A stretch of DNA of 44,568 nt, taken from an uncultured Alphaproteobacteria bacterium. GTDB lineage: Bacteria > Pseudomonadota > Alphaproteobacteria > RF32 > CAG-239. This document shows, one piece after another, positions 1 to 10,056 of the stretch (position 1 is its first letter; every line of letters begins with the position of its first letter). Made by a program: the position numbers and the translations under genes. The DNA lies in the NCBI GenBank assembly GCA_944392185.1, contig CALXVW010000096.1, forward strand, positions 1-44,568, in the 5' to 3' direction. Under the pieces are notes generated by a model that did not search any database, was not told the origin of the DNA, and saw only the letters and a list, made by a program, of their open reading frames with translations.

Positions 1-1659
1 CGTTTTGTTTTTGACAAATTCAGCTTTTCTTCCGAGCCCGCACCACGCAAGACAAGAGAGCCAAGAGTTCGCAAAGAACCAAAAGTGCGTGAGGAAACTT
101 CTGCTCCGGCCGAGAAGACAAAAGAAACAATCAAAATTGCCAAACCTAAACAAATTGATGACGGCTACCGTTTTCCGGATATTAACCTGCTTTCTAAAAA
201 CAAGGAAAAAACCGAAAATGTTAATCAGAAAGAGCTGGAGCGAATTGCTGGTGAGTTGGAAGGCGTGTTGCAGGAATTCGGCGTTAACGGCAAGATTGTT
301 AAGGTTCGTCCCGGACCGGTGGTCACGCTTTATGAGCTGGAGCCTGCGCCGGGAACAAAAAGCGCCAGAGTTATCGGTTTGGCAGATGATATTGCCCGCT
401 CAATGAGTGCCGTGTCCGTGCGCATTGCCGTGGTGCCGGGGTCTAACACCATCGGTATTGAGCTCCCCAACCCCAAAAGAGAGATTGTTTATCTGCGTGA
501 GCTTCTGGAAAGCGATGAGTTTAAGGAATCTAAAGCCGCGCTGACAATTACTTTGGGTAAAGATATCGGCGGTAAGAATATTTATGCAGATTTGGCCAAA
601 ATGCCGCACTTGTTGGTTGCCGGTACTACCGGTTCAGGTAAGTCTGTCGGTGTTAACTCCATGATTATCTCGCTTTTGTATAAAATGCGGCCCGATGAGT
701 GCAAGCTTATCATGATTGACCCCAAAATGCTTGAGTTTACCATGTATAACGGTATTCCCCATCTGCTAACGCCGGTTATTACCGATCCTTCAAAAGCGGT
801 TATCGGCTTAAAATGGGCGGTGAAAGAAATGGAAGACCGCTACCGGGCAATGGCACAACTCAATGTCCGCAATATCACCGGTTATAACAAGCGTTTGGAA
901 GAATTGCGCGCGAGCGGCGGCAAGGTCAGTCGCACGGTGCAAACCGGGTTTGATATGGAAACCGGAAAACCGATTTATGAGGAGCAAGAACTCGATTTAA
1001 CCCCGCTTCCTTATATTGTCATCGTGGTTGATGAAATGGCCGATTTGATGTTGGTGGCCGGCAAAGACGTGGAGGCCGCCATTCAACGTTTGGCACAGAT
1101 GGCGCGTGCGGCGGGCATACATTTGATTATGTCTACCCAACGTCCGTCCGTTGATGTTATTACCGGTACCATTAAAGCAAACTTCCCGACTCGTATCAGC
1201 TTCCAGGTGACATCTAAGATTGACAGCCGTACCATTTTGGGCGAGCAAGGCGCCGAGCAGTTGCTGGGTATGGGTGATATGCTCTATATGCCTGCCGGGC
1301 AGAGGCCGCATCGTATTCATGCTCCGTTTGTTAAAGACAGCGAGGTTGAGCAGATTGTTGAGTTCTTGAAGTCTCAACGTGAGCCAGAGTATGTTGAATC
1401 CGTGACCGAAGGTGAACTTTCGGATAAAAGCGGCGGCGGTGCCGTGTTTGATAACGGCGATTTCGGTGCCGGCAGCAGTGATGATGATTTGTATCGGCAA
1501 GCGGTGCAAATCGTGCAAAACGATAAAAAAGCCTCTACCAGTTATGTTCAGCGGCGGTTGCGTATCGGCTATAATCGTGCGGCAACCATCATTGAGCGGA
1601 TGGAGGCAGAAGGAATTATCACTCCTCCCGACCATGCCGGCAAAAGAGAGGTTGTTTAG
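1..1659 (+). CDS. ftsK: DNA translocase FtsK, C-terminal motor plus gamma domain (5' end lies upstream of the window)
   Basis: Frame 1 is open from nt 1, so the track's GTG at 85 is internal. Walker A GTTGSGKS, Walker [12 protein letters not shown], and C-terminal winged-helix gamma domain [23 protein letters not shown]. Confidence 0.95.
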   Translation, partial: RFVFDKFSFSSEPAPRKTREPRVRKEPKVREETSAPAEKTKETIKIAKPKQIDDGYRFPDINLLSKNKEKTENVNQKELERIAGELEGVLQEFGVNGKIVKVRPGPVVTLYELEPAPGTKSARVIGLADDIARSMSAVSVRIAVVPGSNTIGIELPNPKREIVYLRELLESDEFKESKAALTITLGKDIGGKNIYADLAKMPHLLVAGTTGSGKSVGVNSMIISLLYKMRPDECKLIMIDPKMLEFTMYNGIPHLLTPVITDPSKAVIGLKWAVKEMEDRYRAMAQLNVRNITGYNKRLEELRASGGKVSRTVQTGFDMETGKPIYEEQELDLTPLPYIVIVVDEMADLMLVAGKDVEAAIQRLAQMARAAGIHLIMSTQRPSVDVITGTIKANFPTRISFQVTSKIDSRTILGEQGAEQLLGMGDMLYMPAGQRPHRIHAPFVKDSEVEQIVEFLKSQREPEYVESVTEGELSDKSGGGAVFDNGDFGAGSSDDDLYRQAVQIVQNDKKASTSYVQRRLRIGYNRAATIIERMEAEGIITPPDHAGKREVV

Positions 1660-1746
1660 CTAAAGTTGTTTCTGGCAAAGGAATTGCTTGAATAATTTTT
1701 ATTTCTTTTCTATATATGAATTAAATATATTTTGAGGAGAAATTTT

Positions 1747-2124
1747 ATGGCTGAAAATAAAGAGCCTTCACAACGCCAACTCAGAGTGGCACAGGAAATC
1801 AGAAAAATTATCGTCAATTTTATTGACCGTGGAGAGGTGCACAATTTGGAAGGAATTGACACCATGGTGACCGTGACTAAAGTGACGGTTTCTCCGGATT
1901 TGAAGTATTGCACGGTTTGGTTTATGACCACCAACGGCAATTATTTGCAAGAGGTTTTAGGGGGCCTGCAGTTGGCGGCAAACTTTTTCCGCAAACAGGT
2001 GGCGGCCAAGACATCTTTGCGCTATGTGCCGGAGATAAACTTTAGGGTTGATAAGAGTTTTGAGGCGGTGGACAAGATAGAAAAACTTTTACGCGACCCC
2101 AAAGTTGCCCAGGACTTGAAGTAA
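1747..2124 (+). CDS. rbfA: ribosome-binding factor A
   Basis: Translation QRQLRVAQEIRKII...VTVTKVTVSPDLKYCTVWF is typical RbfA. GAGGAG (1734-1739) lies 7 nt before ATG 1747; the track start at 1732 is an upstream TTG. Confidence 0.9.
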   Translation: MAENKEPSQRQLRVAQEIRKIIVNFIDRGEVHNLEGIDTMVTVTKVTVSPDLKYCTVWFMTTNGNYLQEVLGGLQLAANFFRKQVAAKTSLRYVPEINFRVDKSFEAVDKIEKLLRDPKVAQDLK

Positions 2125-2135
2125 CTGTTTCGACC

Positions 2136-2162
2136 AGCCGCCTTAGAAAAAGGCGGCTTTTT
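2136..2162 (+). terminator. intrinsic terminator after rbfA
   Basis: Stem agccgcctt / aaggcggct (9 bp), loop agaaa, then TTTT. Confidence 0.8.
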
Positions 2163-2168
2163 GTTGGG

Positions 2169-2196
2169 TTGACATAAATGTGAAAACTGATAAATT
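2169..2196 (+). promoter_or_regulatory. candidate sigma70 promoter for ORF 2232
   Basis: TTGACA (2169-2174), 16-nt spacer, TAAATT (2191-2196). Confidence 0.35.
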
Positions 2197-2231
2197 TGAA
2201 GAAAATGTCTTACTATTAATTCTTTAAGCTT

Positions 2232-2684
2232 ATGAAAGTATCTAAGTTTCAGTTTGTCCAGGTCGAAAAAGACCGGATTGTCGTTCGTTTTTATAACGAG
2301 GAAAAAGACTGCTTTGAGAAAGTGTGTGCTTGCGAGGAAGCTTCTGTTTGTGCGGACACTCTTTTGCGGGCAGATTCAAATTATTACTTTGCCTATGAGG
2401 GTAAGCTCTATCCTTTGGGTGAAGGAGAGGTTGTTCTTTTTTGCGGGTGCACATCGCATTGCCTGCGGATGTTTGATGTTTCTCAGCTCAAACCGCCTTT
2501 CAAGGCGATATTTGTTTATCAGAGTTTTAAACAGAGCTTTATTTGCGCTCAAAGCTATGAGTTGGCAGAGAATTCTGTTCGAATCACAACGCCGAACGGA
2601 AGGACAAAAGTTTATGAATACACTTGCGGCGTACCAAAAGGCAAAGATCGTCAGGGTTGTTTGCTGGTTGGTCGGGATGAGTAG
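2232..2684 (+). CDS. hypothetical Cys-rich protein (150 aa), no family recognised
   Basis: ORF bracketed by its own promoter candidate and two strong terminators. 11 Cys, including CACEEASVC and CGCTSHC. No obvious Shine-Dalgarno sequence before the ATG. Confidence 0.55.
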   Translation: MKVSKFQFVQVEKDRIVVRFYNEEKDCFEKVCACEEASVCADTLLRADSNYYFAYEGKLYPLGEGEVVLFCGCTSHCLRMFDVSQLKPPFKAIFVYQSFKQSFICAQSYELAENSVRITTPNGRTKVYEYTCGVPKGKDRQGCLLVGRDE

Positions 2685-2691
2685 AGAAAAG

Positions 2692-2726
2692 AGCCGATGT
2701 TGCTTTAGGCAACGTCGGCTTTTTTG
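2692..2726 (+). terminator. intrinsic terminator after ORF 2232-2684
   Basis: 12-bp stem agccgatgttgc / gcaacgtcggct (one G-U), loop tttag, then TTTTT. Confidence 0.85.
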
Positions 2727-2734
2727 TTTTAAAT

Positions 2735-2763
2735 TTGACAAAGAAGAAAAGCTCCAGTATCAA
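2735..2763 (+). promoter_or_regulatory. candidate sigma70 promoter for truB-rpsO
   Basis: TTGACA (2735-2740), 17-nt spacer, TATCAA (2758-2763). GAGGAG then precedes ATG 2784. Confidence 0.4.
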
Positions 2764-2783
2764 CTCCTGTATGAGGAGCAAAA

Positions 2784-3695
2784 ATGAAGCATAAAAAGGG
2801 TGATAAAATCAGCGGCTGGCTGGTTATTGATAAACCTGCAGGTATGGGCTCTACCCAAGTGGTGAGCCAAACCAGAAGGCTGCTTAATGCCAATAAAAAC
2901 GGCCATTGCGGAACACTTGATCCGTTTGCGACCGGGGTGCTGCCGGTGGCTTTTGGCGAGGCTACCAAGCTTATTCCTTATGTGACAGACGGCGACAAGG
3001 AATATGAGTTTTTGCTCAAATTCGGTGAGGCTACCGATACACTCGATTGTGACGGCAAAATCATCAAGACCAATTCCAAAATTCCGACTTTGGCAGAAAT
3101 CGAATCGGTGTTGCCGCAGTTTGTGGGCGAAATTACCCAAGTGCCGCCGGCTTATTCGGCCATAAAAATCAACGGTCAGAGAGCCTATGATTTGGTGCGC
3201 AAAGGCCAAAACGTGGATGTTCCGGCACGCAAGGTGCGAATCCATTCAATCAAAATCTTGGAACGTCCGCAGGAAAATCTGCTCCGTTGTCTTGTCGGCT
3301 GCTCGAAGGGGACGTATATTCGCACGTTGGGGGCGGATATTGCCGCAAAACTCGGTACAGTCGGCCATTTGCAGGCCTTGAGACGCACAAAATGCGGAAA
3401 TTTTGACCTTTCAGAGAAGATTTTGCTGGAAAATTTGAAAAATATGGAGTATGTTGAGGAACGCCAAAAAGTTTTGCTTCCGGTAATAACATGTCTGCGC
3501 GACATCGCGGATATTGCCGTAACCGAGGCAGATGCCGCCAAACTGCGTTTGGGGCAGGGGCTTTCACCAAGGGCTTATCAGGTGTTTCACCTGTTGGGGC
3601 AAGAGGTGGTTGCTACTTGCAACGGAGCATTGGTGGCAGTGGTGAGAATCGATGAGGGACGTATCTCTCCGGTTCGTGTTTTTAACTTTAATTAA
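2784..3695 (+). CDS. truB: tRNA pseudouridine(55) synthase TruB
   Basis: HCGTLDPFATGVLPV catalytic-Asp motif and full-length similarity to TruB; sits immediately upstream of rpsO-pnp. Confidence 0.95.
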   Translation: MKHKKGDKISGWLVIDKPAGMGSTQVVSQTRRLLNANKNGHCGTLDPFATGVLPVAFGEATKLIPYVTDGDKEYEFLLKFGEATDTLDCDGKIIKTNSKIPTLAEIESVLPQFVGEITQVPPAYSAIKINGQRAYDLVRKGQNVDVPARKVRIHSIKILERPQENLLRCLVGCSKGTYIRTLGADIAAKLGTVGHLQALRRTKCGNFDLSEKILLENLKNMEYVEERQKVLLPVITCLRDIADIAVTEADAAKLRLGQGLSPRAYQVFHLLGQEVVATCNGALVAVVRIDEGRISPVRVFNFN

Positions 3696-3710
3696 ATAAA
3701 GGATTAAAAG

Positions 3711-3980
3711 ATGTCGATTTCTAATGAAGAAAAACAAAAATTGGTTAAAGCTTATGGCTTGAACCCCAATGATACCGGATCTCCGGAAGTTCAGATCGCT
3801 AGCTGGACGGCAGAAATCAATAACCTGATTGAGCACTTCAAAACCCACGCTAAGGATACTCACTCTCGTCTGGGTTTGATGAAGAAAGTCAGCCGTCGTC
3901 GCCACCTGTTGGATTACCTCAAGGGTAAGAGCGAAGAGCGCTATCAGGCTTTGATTAAGAAATTAGACCTGAGAAAATAA
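3711..3980 (+). CDS. rpsO: 30S ribosomal protein S15
   Basis: 89 aa; GSPEVQIA...[26 protein letters not shown] is the S15 signature. Confidence 0.97.
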   Translation: MSISNEEKQKLVKAYGLNPNDTGSPEVQIASWTAEINNLIEHFKTHAKDTHSRLGLMKKVSRRRHLLDYLKGKSEERYQALIKKLDLRK

Positions 3981-4009
3981 ATTTATGCGGCATCTGGAGC
4001 AAAAAATGC

Positions 4010-4067
4010 GGGACAACAAAAATTCACGTAGGTTTATCTACGCTAAAATTTTTGTTGCCCTGTTTTT
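4010..4067 (+). terminator. rpsO terminator/attenuator hairpin in the rpsO-pnp spacer
   Basis: Long hairpin gggacaacaaaaatt...aatttttgttgccc (one bulged A) with an inner cgtag/ctacg stem, followed by TGTTTTT. Confidence 0.7.
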
Positions 4068-4134
4068 CACTCCAGCTGCCTGCCTAAATTTATTTTCTTT
4101 GTGCCATTGTCAAAAAAATAGGAATATTTGAGCC

Positions 4135-4154
4135 GCGGAGGAATGAGCCTCCGC
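4135..4154 (+). promoter_or_regulatory. second hairpin in the pnp 5' leader
   Basis: gcggagg / cctccgc 7-bp stem, loop aatgag, 64 nt before the pnp ATG. Confidence 0.35.
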
Positions 4155-4217
4155 CGTTCTTTATAAGAAAATCCTGCATGGGGCAGGTAGAGGTTTTTAT
4201 ATGAAAGGTAAAGAAAT

Positions 4218-6338
4218 ATGATCGATTTTAAAGTGTGTCGCAAAGAAATGGAATGGGGCGGCCGCAAGTTGGTTTTGGAAACAGGTAAATTGGCCAGACA
4301 GGCACAGGGTGCGGTTGTGGTTACTTATGGTGAAACGCAGGTTATTGCAACGGTTTGTGCCGCAAAAGAGGTAAATGCTGATCAGGATTTCTTTCCTTTG
4401 ACAGTTAATTATCAGGAAAAATACTATGCAACCGGTAAGGTACCGGGCGGTTTTATGAAGCGTGAGGGTAAACCATCCGAGCGTGAGGTCTTGCTTTCTC
4501 GCTTGATTGACAGACCTATTCGTCCGCTGTTTCCTGATGCGTTCAAAAATGAGGTGCAAATCATTTGTACCGTTTTGGCTCATGACCAAAATACAGACTC
4601 CGATATTCCGGCTATGATTGCGGCCTCTGCCGCTTTGGCTGTTTCGGGTATTCCGTTTATGGGGCCGATTGGCGGAGCAAAAGTTGGATATAAAAACGGT
4701 GAATATATTTTGAACCCAACTTTGGAGCAGCTCAAAGATACTGACCTGGAATTGGTGGTTGCCGGAACATCTGAGGGCGTTTTGATGGTTGAATCTGAGG
4801 CTCAAGAGCTTTCTGAAGATACCATGCTCGGTGCGGTTATGTTCGGCTTTGAGAGCTTCCAACCGGTTATTAAGATGATTGCCGAACTCGCCAGCGAGGC
4901 CGGCAAAGAAAAATGGGAAACTCCAACCTTCCCGCCGGAGTTTGATGAGCTTTATGCCAAATTGGCTAAAGATTTTACGGCTGAATTTGAAACAGCTTTC
5001 AAAGAAACAGATAAACTTAAGCGCGGTGAGCTGATTGCGGCTGCCTCTGAGAAATTCAAGGCAACGCTTGATCCGGAAAATGAGTTTGAACAACGCTATG
5101 CTCAAGATGCTATTGAGAAATTGATGCACAAAGTTATGCGCGAAGCGGTATTGACAACCGGACACAGAATCGACGGACGCGATACCAAGACAGTGCGCCC
5201 GATTGCTTGCCAGGTTGATGTTTTGCCGACAGCTCATGGTTCTGCTTTGTTTACTCGTGGCGAAACTCAGGCTTTGGTTGTTACTACCCTTGGTACGGGT
5301 GAGGACGCTCAGGTCGTTGACGGTTTGATGGATGAGTACAAAGAAGACTTTATGCTCAACTACAACTTCCCGCCGTTTTCTGTTGGTGAATGTGGTCGTA
5401 TCGGTAGCCCCGGACGCCGTGAAATCGGGCACGGAAAATTGGCTTGGCGCGCTATTCATCCGATGATGCCAAAAGATAAAGATGCTTTCCCGTACACAGT
5501 ACGTGTTGTATCTGAAATTATGGAATCTAACGGTTCTTCTTCTATGGCTACTGTTTGCGGAACCACAATGTCTTTGATGTCTGCCGGTGTGCCTTTGGCC
5601 AAACCGGTTGCCGGTATTGCCATGGGCTTGATTAAGGAAGACGATGGACGCGTTGCCGTTTTGACAGATATTTTGGGTGACGAAGATCACTTGGGTGATA
5701 TGGACTTTAAGGTTGCCGGAACAAAAGACGGTGTTACTGCTTTGCAGATGGATATTAAAATCACCTCCATCACCAAAGATATTATGAAAACTGCTTTGGC
5801 TCAGGCTCATGAGGGCAGAATCCATATCTTGGGTGAGATGGCAAAGGCTATTGCCGAGCCGCGTCCGCATGTTTCTGACCGGGCTCCGAGAATCGTTGCC
5901 ATTAAGATTCCGGTTGATAAAATCCGTGAGGTTATCGGCACCGGCGGTAAGGTTATCAGAGAGATTGTTGAAAAAACTCATACAAAAATCGATATTTCTG
6001 ATGACGGTGTGGTTAAAATCGCCTCTATGAAGAAGGAAGAAGGCGATGCCGCCTTAGAGTGGATTATGGGTATTGTGGCAGAGCCGGAGGAAGGCAAAAT
6101 CTACCATGGAACAATTACCAAAATTATGGATTTTGGTGCGTTTGTCCGCTTCCTTGGCACAACTGAAGGATTGGTTCATATTTCTGAAGTTAAGAACGAG
6201 CGTATTGCCTCTGTTTCTGACTTCTATAAAGAAGGTGACCAAATCTGGGTTAAGTGCTTGGGTAGTGATAATCGTGGCAAGATTAAGCTTTCTGCCAAGA
6301 GAGTAAACCAAGAGACAGGTGAAGATCTTGAGAAGTAA
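4218..6338 (+). CDS. pnp: polyribonucleotide nucleotidyltransferase (PNPase)
   Basis: 706 aa with two RNase PH domains (…[10 protein letters not shown]…, …[13 protein letters not shown]…), KH ([15 protein letters not shown]) and a C-terminal S1 domain. Confidence 0.98.
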   Translation: MIDFKVCRKEMEWGGRKLVLETGKLARQAQGAVVVTYGETQVIATVCAAKEVNADQDFFPLTVNYQEKYYATGKVPGGFMKREGKPSEREVLLSRLIDRPIRPLFPDAFKNEVQIICTVLAHDQNTDSDIPAMIAASAALAVSGIPFMGPIGGAKVGYKNGEYILNPTLEQLKDTDLELVVAGTSEGVLMVESEAQELSEDTMLGAVMFGFESFQPVIKMIAELASEAGKEKWETPTFPPEFDELYAKLAKDFTAEFETAFKETDKLKRGELIAAASEKFKATLDPENEFEQRYAQDAIEKLMHKVMREAVLTTGHRIDGRDTKTVRPIACQVDVLPTAHGSALFTRGETQALVVTTLGTGEDAQVVDGLMDEYKEDFMLNYNFPPFSVGECGRIGSPGRREIGHGKLAWRAIHPMMPKDKDAFPYTVRVVSEIMESNGSSSMATVCGTTMSLMSAGVPLAKPVAGIAMGLIKEDDGRVAVLTDILGDEDHLGDMDFKVAGTKDGVTALQMDIKITSITKDIMKTALAQAHEGRIHILGEMAKAIAEPRPHVSDRAPRIVAIKIPVDKIREVIGTGGKVIREIVEKTHTKIDISDDGVVKIASMKKEEGDAALEWIMGIVAEPEEGKIYHGTITKIMDFGAFVRFLGTTEGLVHISEVKNERIASVSDFYKEGDQIWVKCLGSDNRGKIKLSAKRVNQETGEDLEK

Positions 6339-6366
6339 TTTTTGAGGTTTAACTTGAGTTTTTTAA

Positions 6367-6401
6367 AACCGTCGGAGATGAGAAACTTCGGCGGTTTTTT
6401 T
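6367..6401 (+). terminator. intrinsic terminator after pnp
   Basis: aaaccgtcggag / cttcggcggttt stem (two G-U pairs), then T7. Confidence 0.75.
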
Positions 6402-6472
6402 GTTGACTCTTGTTCTTTTTTTGTCTAATTTTGAAGAAGGAAAATTAATTATTAACTTAAAACCTAAAGCTT

Positions 6473-6730
6473 ATGAGTGGATGGATATTATTGATAATTG
6501 CCTTGATTGCGGCAGGATTTCATCTTTTGGACAGATTTTTGATTACTGTTCGGCTTCATGAAGTGGAAAAGGTCGGCGAGGATGAGTACTATTGCCAATT
6601 TTTTTGGCGAGGAAAATTGCGAGAAGGGTATTTCTACTATGAAGGAGAATTGCCTGACTTTGTCGTTGCGAAAGTTGTCGGCATTGATTGCAGGGCCGTG
6701 CTGTGGCAAGTCGAGATTGTTGAATATTAA
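6473..6730 (+). CDS. hypothetical small membrane-anchored protein (85 aa)
   Basis: N-terminal hydrophobic helix WILLIIALIAAGFHLL. No recognised family and no clear SD. Confidence 0.45.
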   Translation: MSGWILLIIALIAAGFHLLDRFLITVRLHEVEKVGEDEYYCQFFWRGKLREGYFYYEGELPDFVVAKVVGIDCRAVLWQVEIVEY

Positions 6731-6741
6731 TCTGTGTGAGT

Positions 6742-7251
6742 ATGGAAACAATTTTATGGCTTGTGCTGGGAGCAGTTACATTGTTTTTGCTCTTGGCTTG
6801 CATTAGTAAGGTGGTGCTCTCGATTGAAGAAATAGCCCTTTTTAAAAGCATGATGCCATGGGTTTATTTGGCCATGGTGATTGCTGTTATTGCAGGGAAC
6901 TTCTTCTTTGAGATACCACGGGCTACAAGCTTTGGTATGTTTGGGGTCGTGTTTTTTAATATGATCTTGCAAAAAAAAGCTCAAGACAATCTCTATTCTC
7001 AATTGTTTTTCTTTTTGGCAGATAATCCGGTGGGATCTTTTATGCCTGAAAGTGAGGATGAGGAAGAGGGAGTCTTTTATGGAAGCATCAACATCAACGG
7101 CAAAACTATGAATGCAGTTGGGCTTGATTCTGAGTATAAGCTTGGCAAAGAAGAGGCCTCGTTTGTTTATGTGGAGCTTGATGAACAAGGGGATTTTAGG
7201 GAACTTCAGGTTGTCATATGTCCTCAGGAAGCTGTAGAAGGGTCGGTTTAA
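6742..7251 (+). CDS. hypothetical membrane protein with acidic C-terminal domain (169 aa)
   Basis: Three predicted TM helices followed by ESEDEEEG... soluble tail. The start could be GTG 6736 or ATG 6742. Confidence 0.5.
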   Translation: METILWLVLGAVTLFLLLACISKVVLSIEEIALFKSMMPWVYLAMVIAVIAGNFFFEIPRATSFGMFGVVFFNMILQKKAQDNLYSQLFFFLADNPVGSFMPESEDEEEGVFYGSININGKTMNAVGLDSEYKLGKEEASFVYVELDEQGDFRELQVVICPQEAVEGSV

Positions 7252-7375
7252 GCCGGCCCTTTGGCTTTTTAAAAAGTCCTTGAAAAATAAAATAAAACGG
7301 TGTATGTCTTGAGTCACTATTCAAACACCCCTGGAGGTTTGGATAGAGTCTTAATTTTATTTGAGGATTTTTAAC

Positions 7376-7666
7376 ATGGTAAATATTACATTTAATGCTG
7401 AAAAGCGTGAGAAAGCAGGTAAGGGGGCAGCTCGTGCGTGTCGTCGTGAGGGGCGTATCCCTGCCGTTATCTATGGTGGCAAACAAGAGTCTATCATGAT
7501 CTCTTTGCACCCGGTTGAGCTTGAAAAAGCTTTGAATACCGCCGGTCTTTATGAGGCTGATATTGAGATTGTTTTGGATGGCAAAAAACACAAGGTTAAA
7601 TGCCAGGATGTTCAATTCCATCCGGTTACCGATGCTCCCATCCACGTCGATTTTCTCCGTAAATAG
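7376..7666 (+). CDS. rplY: 50S ribosomal protein L25, short single-domain form
   Basis: RREGRIPAVIYGG...VQFHPVTDAPIHVDF is the L25 N-terminal domain. GAGGA precedes ATG 7376. Sits upstream of pth-ychF. Confidence 0.85.
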   Translation: MVNITFNAEKREKAGKGAARACRREGRIPAVIYGGKQESIMISLHPVELEKALNTAGLYEADIEIVLDGKKHKVKCQDVQFHPVTDAPIHVDFLRK

Positions 7667-7757
7667 TTCGGAGCTATTGTAGTTTGTTGGCGGTCTTGGA
7701 TGTGCCCATGCGGCATGAGGGGCCGCCAATTTATTTTATCTGATTGAAGAGTTTTTG

Positions 7758-8333
7758 ATGTTTCTTATCGTTGGTTTGGGAAATCCGGGGGCAGAATATG
7801 CCGGCACACGTCATAATGTTGGTTTTATGGCGGCTGATTTCTTGTTCCAAAAATTCAACTTTTCCCCATTTAGAGATAAGTTTGACGGTGAAATTGCCGA
7901 GGGTAAAATCGGTGGAGAAAAGGTTTATCTCTTGAAACCGCAAACCTATATGAATCTATCCGGAAACTCGGTGGTGAAAGCCGCTCATTTTTATAAGATT
8001 TTGCCTGAAAATATTATCGTTATTCATGATGATCTGGATTTGCCGGTAGGCAAAGTTAAGGCCAAGTTGGGCGGTGGTGCCGGCGGGCATAACGGAATCA
8101 AATCTATCGATGCGGCGATTACCCCTAATTATAACCGTATCAGAATCGGGGTCGGGCATCCGCAAACCGGCGGCGAGGCAGTGGTGAACCATGTGCTGTC
8201 ACGTTTTGGTAAAGCTGATGAAGATGTTATTTATAATGAAATTGAGATTGTGGCCTCTTTAATTGAGGTCTTGATGAAAGATGGAATCGCCGCTTTTTGC
8301 AATAAGCTCGGCGATGTTTTGAGAAAACAATAA
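7758..8333 (+). CDS. pth: peptidyl-tRNA hydrolase
   Basis: [23 protein letters not shown]... is the canonical Pth N-terminus. Confidence 0.95.
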   Translation: MFLIVGLGNPGAEYAGTRHNVGFMAADFLFQKFNFSPFRDKFDGEIAEGKIGGEKVYLLKPQTYMNLSGNSVVKAAHFYKILPENIIVIHDDLDLPVGKVKAKLGGGAGGHNGIKSIDAAITPNYNRIRIGVGHPQTGGEAVVNHVLSRFGKADEDVIYNEIEIVASLIEVLMKDGIAAFCNKLGDVLRKQ

Positions 8334-8345
8334 GGAGTTTTGATT

Positions 8346-9455
8346 ATGGGATTTAACTGCGGTATTGTCGGCTTGCCTAATGTCGGAAAATCAACCTTGT
8401 TTAATGCCTTGACCCAAACCATTGCGGCGCAGGCAGCCAATTTTCCGTTTTGTACGATTGAGCCCAACACCGGGCGAGTGGCGGTGCCTGATAAGCGCTT
8501 AGATAAGTTGGTTGAGATGGTTAAACCCAAAAATGTGGTGCCGACACAGCTGGAGTTTGTTGATATTGCCGGTTTGGTCAAAGGGGCATCCAAGGGTGAG
8601 GGGCTAGGCAACCAATTTTTGGCCAATATCCGCGAGGTGGATGCCATTATCCATGTGTTGCGCTGTTTTGAAAATGAAAATATTACCCATGTTGAGGGTA
8701 GCGTTGACCCTATTCGTGATGCCGAAATCGTGGAAACAGAATTGATGATTGCTGACCTTGAATCTTTGGAAAAGAGGTTTGACCAAGCTCAGAAAAAAGC
8801 CAAAGGAGGGGATAAAGAGGCTATTGTCAATGTGAGCGTGATGGGACCCGTGATTGAAGCTCTAAAGGCCGGAAAACCAGCCCGTACCGCGGCACCTGAT
8901 GCTTCCAACAAAGATGCCTGCAAAGCTTATAAAATGTTGCAACTTTTGACTTCTAAGCCGGTTTTGTATGTGTGCAATGTGGATGAGGAATCGGCGGCTT
9001 TAGGCAATGAATATTCCAAGAAGGTGTTTGAAAAGGCCAAAGCGGAAAATGCTCAGGCAGTGATTATTTCTGCCGAGATAGAATCTGAGGTGGCTCAATT
9101 GGAGACCGAGGAGGAGAAAAAAGAGTTTTTGGGTGCGCTGGGGTTAGAGGAAACCGGGCTTACCAAAATTATTCGTGCCGGCTATGATTTGCTTGGCTTA
9201 CAAACCTATTTTACCGCAGGGCCAAAAGAAGTGCGTGCATGGACTTTTCTAAAGGGTTCAAAAGCGCCGCAATGTGCCGGAATTATCCATTCTGACTTTG
9301 AGAAAGGCTTTATCCGCGCCGAGACCATATCTTATGATGACTTTGTCAAGTTCGGCGGCGAGCAGGCCTGTAAAGAAGCCGGTAAAATGCGCTCCGAGGG
9401 TAAAGACTATGTGGTGCAGGATGGCGATTTGTTGAATTTCTTATTCAATGTTTAG
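8346..9455 (+). CDS. ychF: ribosome-binding ATPase YchF
   Basis: [23 protein letters not shown]..., the C-terminal TGS-like [15 protein letters not shown], and 369 aa length. Confidence 0.95.
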   Translation: MGFNCGIVGLPNVGKSTLFNALTQTIAAQAANFPFCTIEPNTGRVAVPDKRLDKLVEMVKPKNVVPTQLEFVDIAGLVKGASKGEGLGNQFLANIREVDAIIHVLRCFENENITHVEGSVDPIRDAEIVETELMIADLESLEKRFDQAQKKAKGGDKEAIVNVSVMGPVIEALKAGKPARTAAPDASNKDACKAYKMLQLLTSKPVLYVCNVDEESAALGNEYSKKVFEKAKAENAQAVIISAEIESEVAQLETEEEKKEFLGALGLEETGLTKIIRAGYDLLGLQTYFTAGPKEVRAWTFLKGSKAPQCAGIIHSDFEKGFIRAETISYDDFVKFGGEQACKEAGKMRSEGKDYVVQDGDLLNFLFNV

Positions 9456-9540
9456 GAGCTTGCAAGAGGGGCGATCATGCTCGATAATCGGCGCATCATC
9501 GGCCTTTATCAAATTTTTTGTGTAAAATTGAGGGGAATAA

Positions 9541-10005
9541 ATGCGGTTAGCCTTGTTTCAGCCAGATATTCCGCAAAATACTGGGACTTTAATGCGTTTG
9601 TGCGCTTGTGTGGATTTGCCTATAGACATCATTGAGCCGTGTGGGTTTATCTTTAATGACAAGGCCATGCGTCGTGCCGGGATGGATTATTTGGATATGG
9701 TTGATTATCGCCGCCATGATTCCTGGCAAGATTTTTTGCAATATCGGGCCGAGCATCCTGCCGAATATGGCCGTATTGTGTTGCTGACAACCCATGCCAG
9801 CAAGCCTTATGTCGATTTTGAATTCAAGGAAAATGATATTATCTTAATGGGGCGCGAATCTGCCGGTGTGCCGGAAGAAGTTCATCAAATCGCCAATGCC
9901 AGGCTTTTGATTCCCATGAATGAGAAAGCTCGCTCCATTAACGTGGCGGTGTCTGCAACCATGGTTGTTGGTGAGGCTTTGCGCCAAACCAGGTGGAAAA
10001 AATAA
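9541..10005 (+). CDS. trmL: tRNA (cytidine/uridine-2'-O)-methyltransferase, SpoU/TrmL family
   Basis: 154 aa; LFQPDIPQNTGTLMRLCA...MGRESAGVPEEV...IPM...RSINVAVSA matches the SPOUT TrmL pattern. Confidence 0.85.
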   Translation: MRLALFQPDIPQNTGTLMRLCACVDLPIDIIEPCGFIFNDKAMRRAGMDYLDMVDYRRHDSWQDFLQYRAEHPAEYGRIVLLTTHASKPYVDFEFKENDIILMGRESAGVPEEVHQIANARLLIPMNEKARSINVAVSATMVVGEALRQTRWKK

Positions 10006-10038
10006 CTCCGCAGCCGCCTGAGAGGAACAACTGCGGAG
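9997..10038 (-). terminator. intrinsic terminator of the acidic ORFan (minus strand), overlapping the trmL stop
   Basis: ctccgcag / ctgcggag 8-bp stem (10006-10038). On the minus strand it is followed by TTATTTTTT. Confidence 0.5.
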
Positions 10039-10056
10039 AAAAGTTGACATAAAAAG

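Noticed and set aside
2254-2787. A 177-aa ORF in an alternative + frame overlapping ORF 2232-2684 and running through its terminator into the truB start.
   Set aside because: It spans a strong intrinsic terminator and a promoter, and has no SD. The 2232 frame fits the promoter/terminator boundaries better. I treat it as spurious.
4197-5981. A 594-aa ORF antisense to pnp. Similar long antisense ORFs lie opposite ftsK (997-1635), groEL (28043-28651), hydF (36628-37269) and pyk (41878-42774).
   Set aside because: Each is exactly in register with the sense codons (for example 5979-4218 = 3x587 and 42772-41947 = 3x275). The frame therefore stays open simply because the sense genes avoid TTA, CTA and TCA codons. 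The translations are low-complexity with no start context or recognisable family. The sense genes are unambiguous.
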